A stretch of 64,000 nt of DNA from positions 320,001 to 384,000 of the forward strand of contig CP182352.1 in NCBI GenBank assembly GCA_048571215.1, given 5' to 3'. Below, piece after piece: positions 62,463 to 64,000 of the stretch (position 1 is the stretch's first letter; the number at the start of each line of letters is the position of its first letter). Below the pieces are notes generated by a model. The model was not told the origin of the DNA and did not search any database. It was given only the letters and a program-made list of their open reading frames with translations. A program made the position numbers and the translations under genes. Source of the DNA: Halarcobacter sp. Lineage in GTDB: Bacteria; Campylobacterota; Campylobacteria; Campylobacterales; Arcobacteraceae.

Positions 62463-63517
62463 TGTCTTATAGAGCAAAGCTCTCCGCTTTCTCACTTTTT
62501 AGTTGTAAAAAGTAAGACAAAAAGCAACCAGACGGTTGTTGAAGCTAAAGTTCTCTCCAGCTTTATAATTATCTTCTGACCTGCGGGGCTTGATATAAAA
62601 CGTGACATTCAGTCACCTTTTATATCTTCGAACAAGTCCTCGGTCTTTTCCGAAAATAATTAGAAAACTTCCGGCTTCAACAAAGTCTGGACTAAAATAC
62701 TCTAGCCTTGAATTTTTAAAATAGTTATTGAGTATTACACTAGCTTAAATATAATGGTACTAAAAAATGTAAAGGTCAATTTCCCACCTTCCCGCATTTG
62801 AGAAGCCGAGTGTTTATTTGTCTCTTTTGAAAACAAGTGACTAAACTGTTTGAAGCGTAAAGAAACGTTCTGGGAGAACGTTTTAGCAAGTTTTTAGGCA
62901 CTCAAAAGGGATGAATAAAAAGCTCGGAAAGCTTCCGCCTTCGAAACTCTGTGGGTGGTTTTTTTGCTACTTTTTTTTTCACAAAAAAAAGTCGAGAAAG
63001 TTAAGACGTACAGTAAAAGTTTATTTATACTCAAATATTTTGATAATAGTTCTTATTGTATGCATCTGTCTTGTAGAACAAAGTTCTCCGCTTTCTCACT
63101 TTTTAATTGTAAAAAGTAAGGCAAAAAGCAACCAGACGGTTGTCGAAGCTAAAGTTCCCTCCCACTTCACTTTTTAAAGCTAGCCTGCAAAACTCCTCGA
63201 AAAAGTGACATCTAGTCACTTTTCTCTCGTCAGACAGTTTCGGCTTTTTCCGCTTTAAAAAGCAAAGCACTCGGCTTCAACAAAGTCTGGACTAAATACA
63301 CTAGCCACGAACTTTCTCTTAGTAATTGAGTATCACAGTAATTTTGAATGTAATGGTATAAAAAAATGCAAACATCCTTATCCCTTTCCAACATCTGCAA
63401 GAACTGGAGATTTATGAAATGTTTACGGTGAAAAGTGAGGAATGTGTGAGCGTAAAAAAAGAGTGACTAACTCACTCTTTTAGCGAGTTGCCACCTTAAA
63501 AGAATATAAAAATTCCA
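62463..63517. repeat. Array of four homologous structured non-coding units (two ~600-bp modules, each an inverted pair)
   Basis: 62463.. and 63067.. are direct repeats with a 604-bp offset (about 7 differences in the first 96 nt). 62802-63000 and 63401-63517 are inverted homologues. Long hairpins show compensatory changes. Confidence 0.88.
62728..62755 (+). promoter_or_regulatory. Sigma70-like promoter in the spacer of module 1 (counterpart at 63326-63354 in module 2)
   Basis: TTGAGT-16-TATAAT here; TTGAGT-17-TGTAAT at the equivalent position of module 2. Confidence 0.45.
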
Positions 63518-63536
63518 TATAAAATTTATAATAAAA

Positions 63537-63998
63537 TTAAATTTTTTCTGAATCATATGGTACATTATTTTTATATACGGCATGAGCAATAACTAATAGT
63601 TTTCTCATAATTGCTACTTGTATAACTGTAGTATGTTTTCCATTTTCTTTTAGTCTATCATAAAACTTTCTTAATCTTTCGTTATTTCTTATTGATGTCA
63701 TTGCTGGCATAAACAAAGTACCTCTACATATTTTTGAACCTGCTTTTGATATTTTTGTTTTTCCATTAACTGATATACCTGAACTTTTTTCTATTGGATC
63801 TAATCCTGCTAAAGATACTATCTGTTTTTGATTAGCATTTTTATATTGAATAAAATGTATAAGTAATACAATTGAAGATATTTCTCCTATACCATCAATT
63901 GTTTGCAAATTATTAAATGATTGTTGAAGTTTCTCATCTTTTTTTATGATTGATTTTATTTTTTTGATAATTTTTTGTTCTTGTTTTTTTAAAAATTG
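63537..63998 (-). mobile_element. IS110-family transposase/recombinase, C-terminal half (5' part outside the window)
   Basis: Frame open to the window edge; IDGIG, AGLDPIEKSSG (catalytic Ser), ISKAG...RGTLFMPA, FYDRL...GK...VAIMRKLL. Confidence 0.93.
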
Positions 63999-64000
63999 AT

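Noticed and set aside
62911..63177. 88-aa ORF
   Set aside because: It spans the junction of two structured repeat units; the homologous sequence is conserved at the base-pairing level and the protein has no recognisable motif.
62463..63517. Structured array as CRISPR, integron attC cassettes or simple terminators
   Set aside because: No short repeat-spacer periodicity and no cassette ORFs between units; the units are over 200 nt with multi-stem conserved motifs, far larger than terminators.

Overview
AT-rich chromosomal segment, most likely from an Arcobacteraceae/Campylobacterota bacterium (inferred from gene content and protein style, not from a database search). In order it contains: the end of a flagellar cluster (long repeat-containing fliK cut by the window start, fliR, flhB, TPR protein, fliI, flgL, flhA); housekeeping genes (bioD, clpS-clpA, aat, ruvB, panB, trpA, ate, feoAB, fur, flavodoxin); several cyclic-nucleotide signalling proteins, one split by a +1 frameshift; a ~12 kb run joining glucosylglycerate synthesis/phosphorolysis genes to Entner-Doudoroff genes with no glucokinase; and a Fur-boxed iron locus (two imelysins, di-heme protein, sterol-desaturase-like protein, MauG-like di-heme enzyme). 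From ~61.65 kb there is the decayed edge of an integrative element: a possible tRNA-derived att core, a HEPN pseudogene with intact MNT, and an AlpA pseudogene. This is followed by four homologous, covarying, highly structured non-coding units in alternating orientation that abut an IS110-family transposase cut by the window end. That structured array is the most unusual feature. All assignments come from reading motifs by eye; no searches were run.
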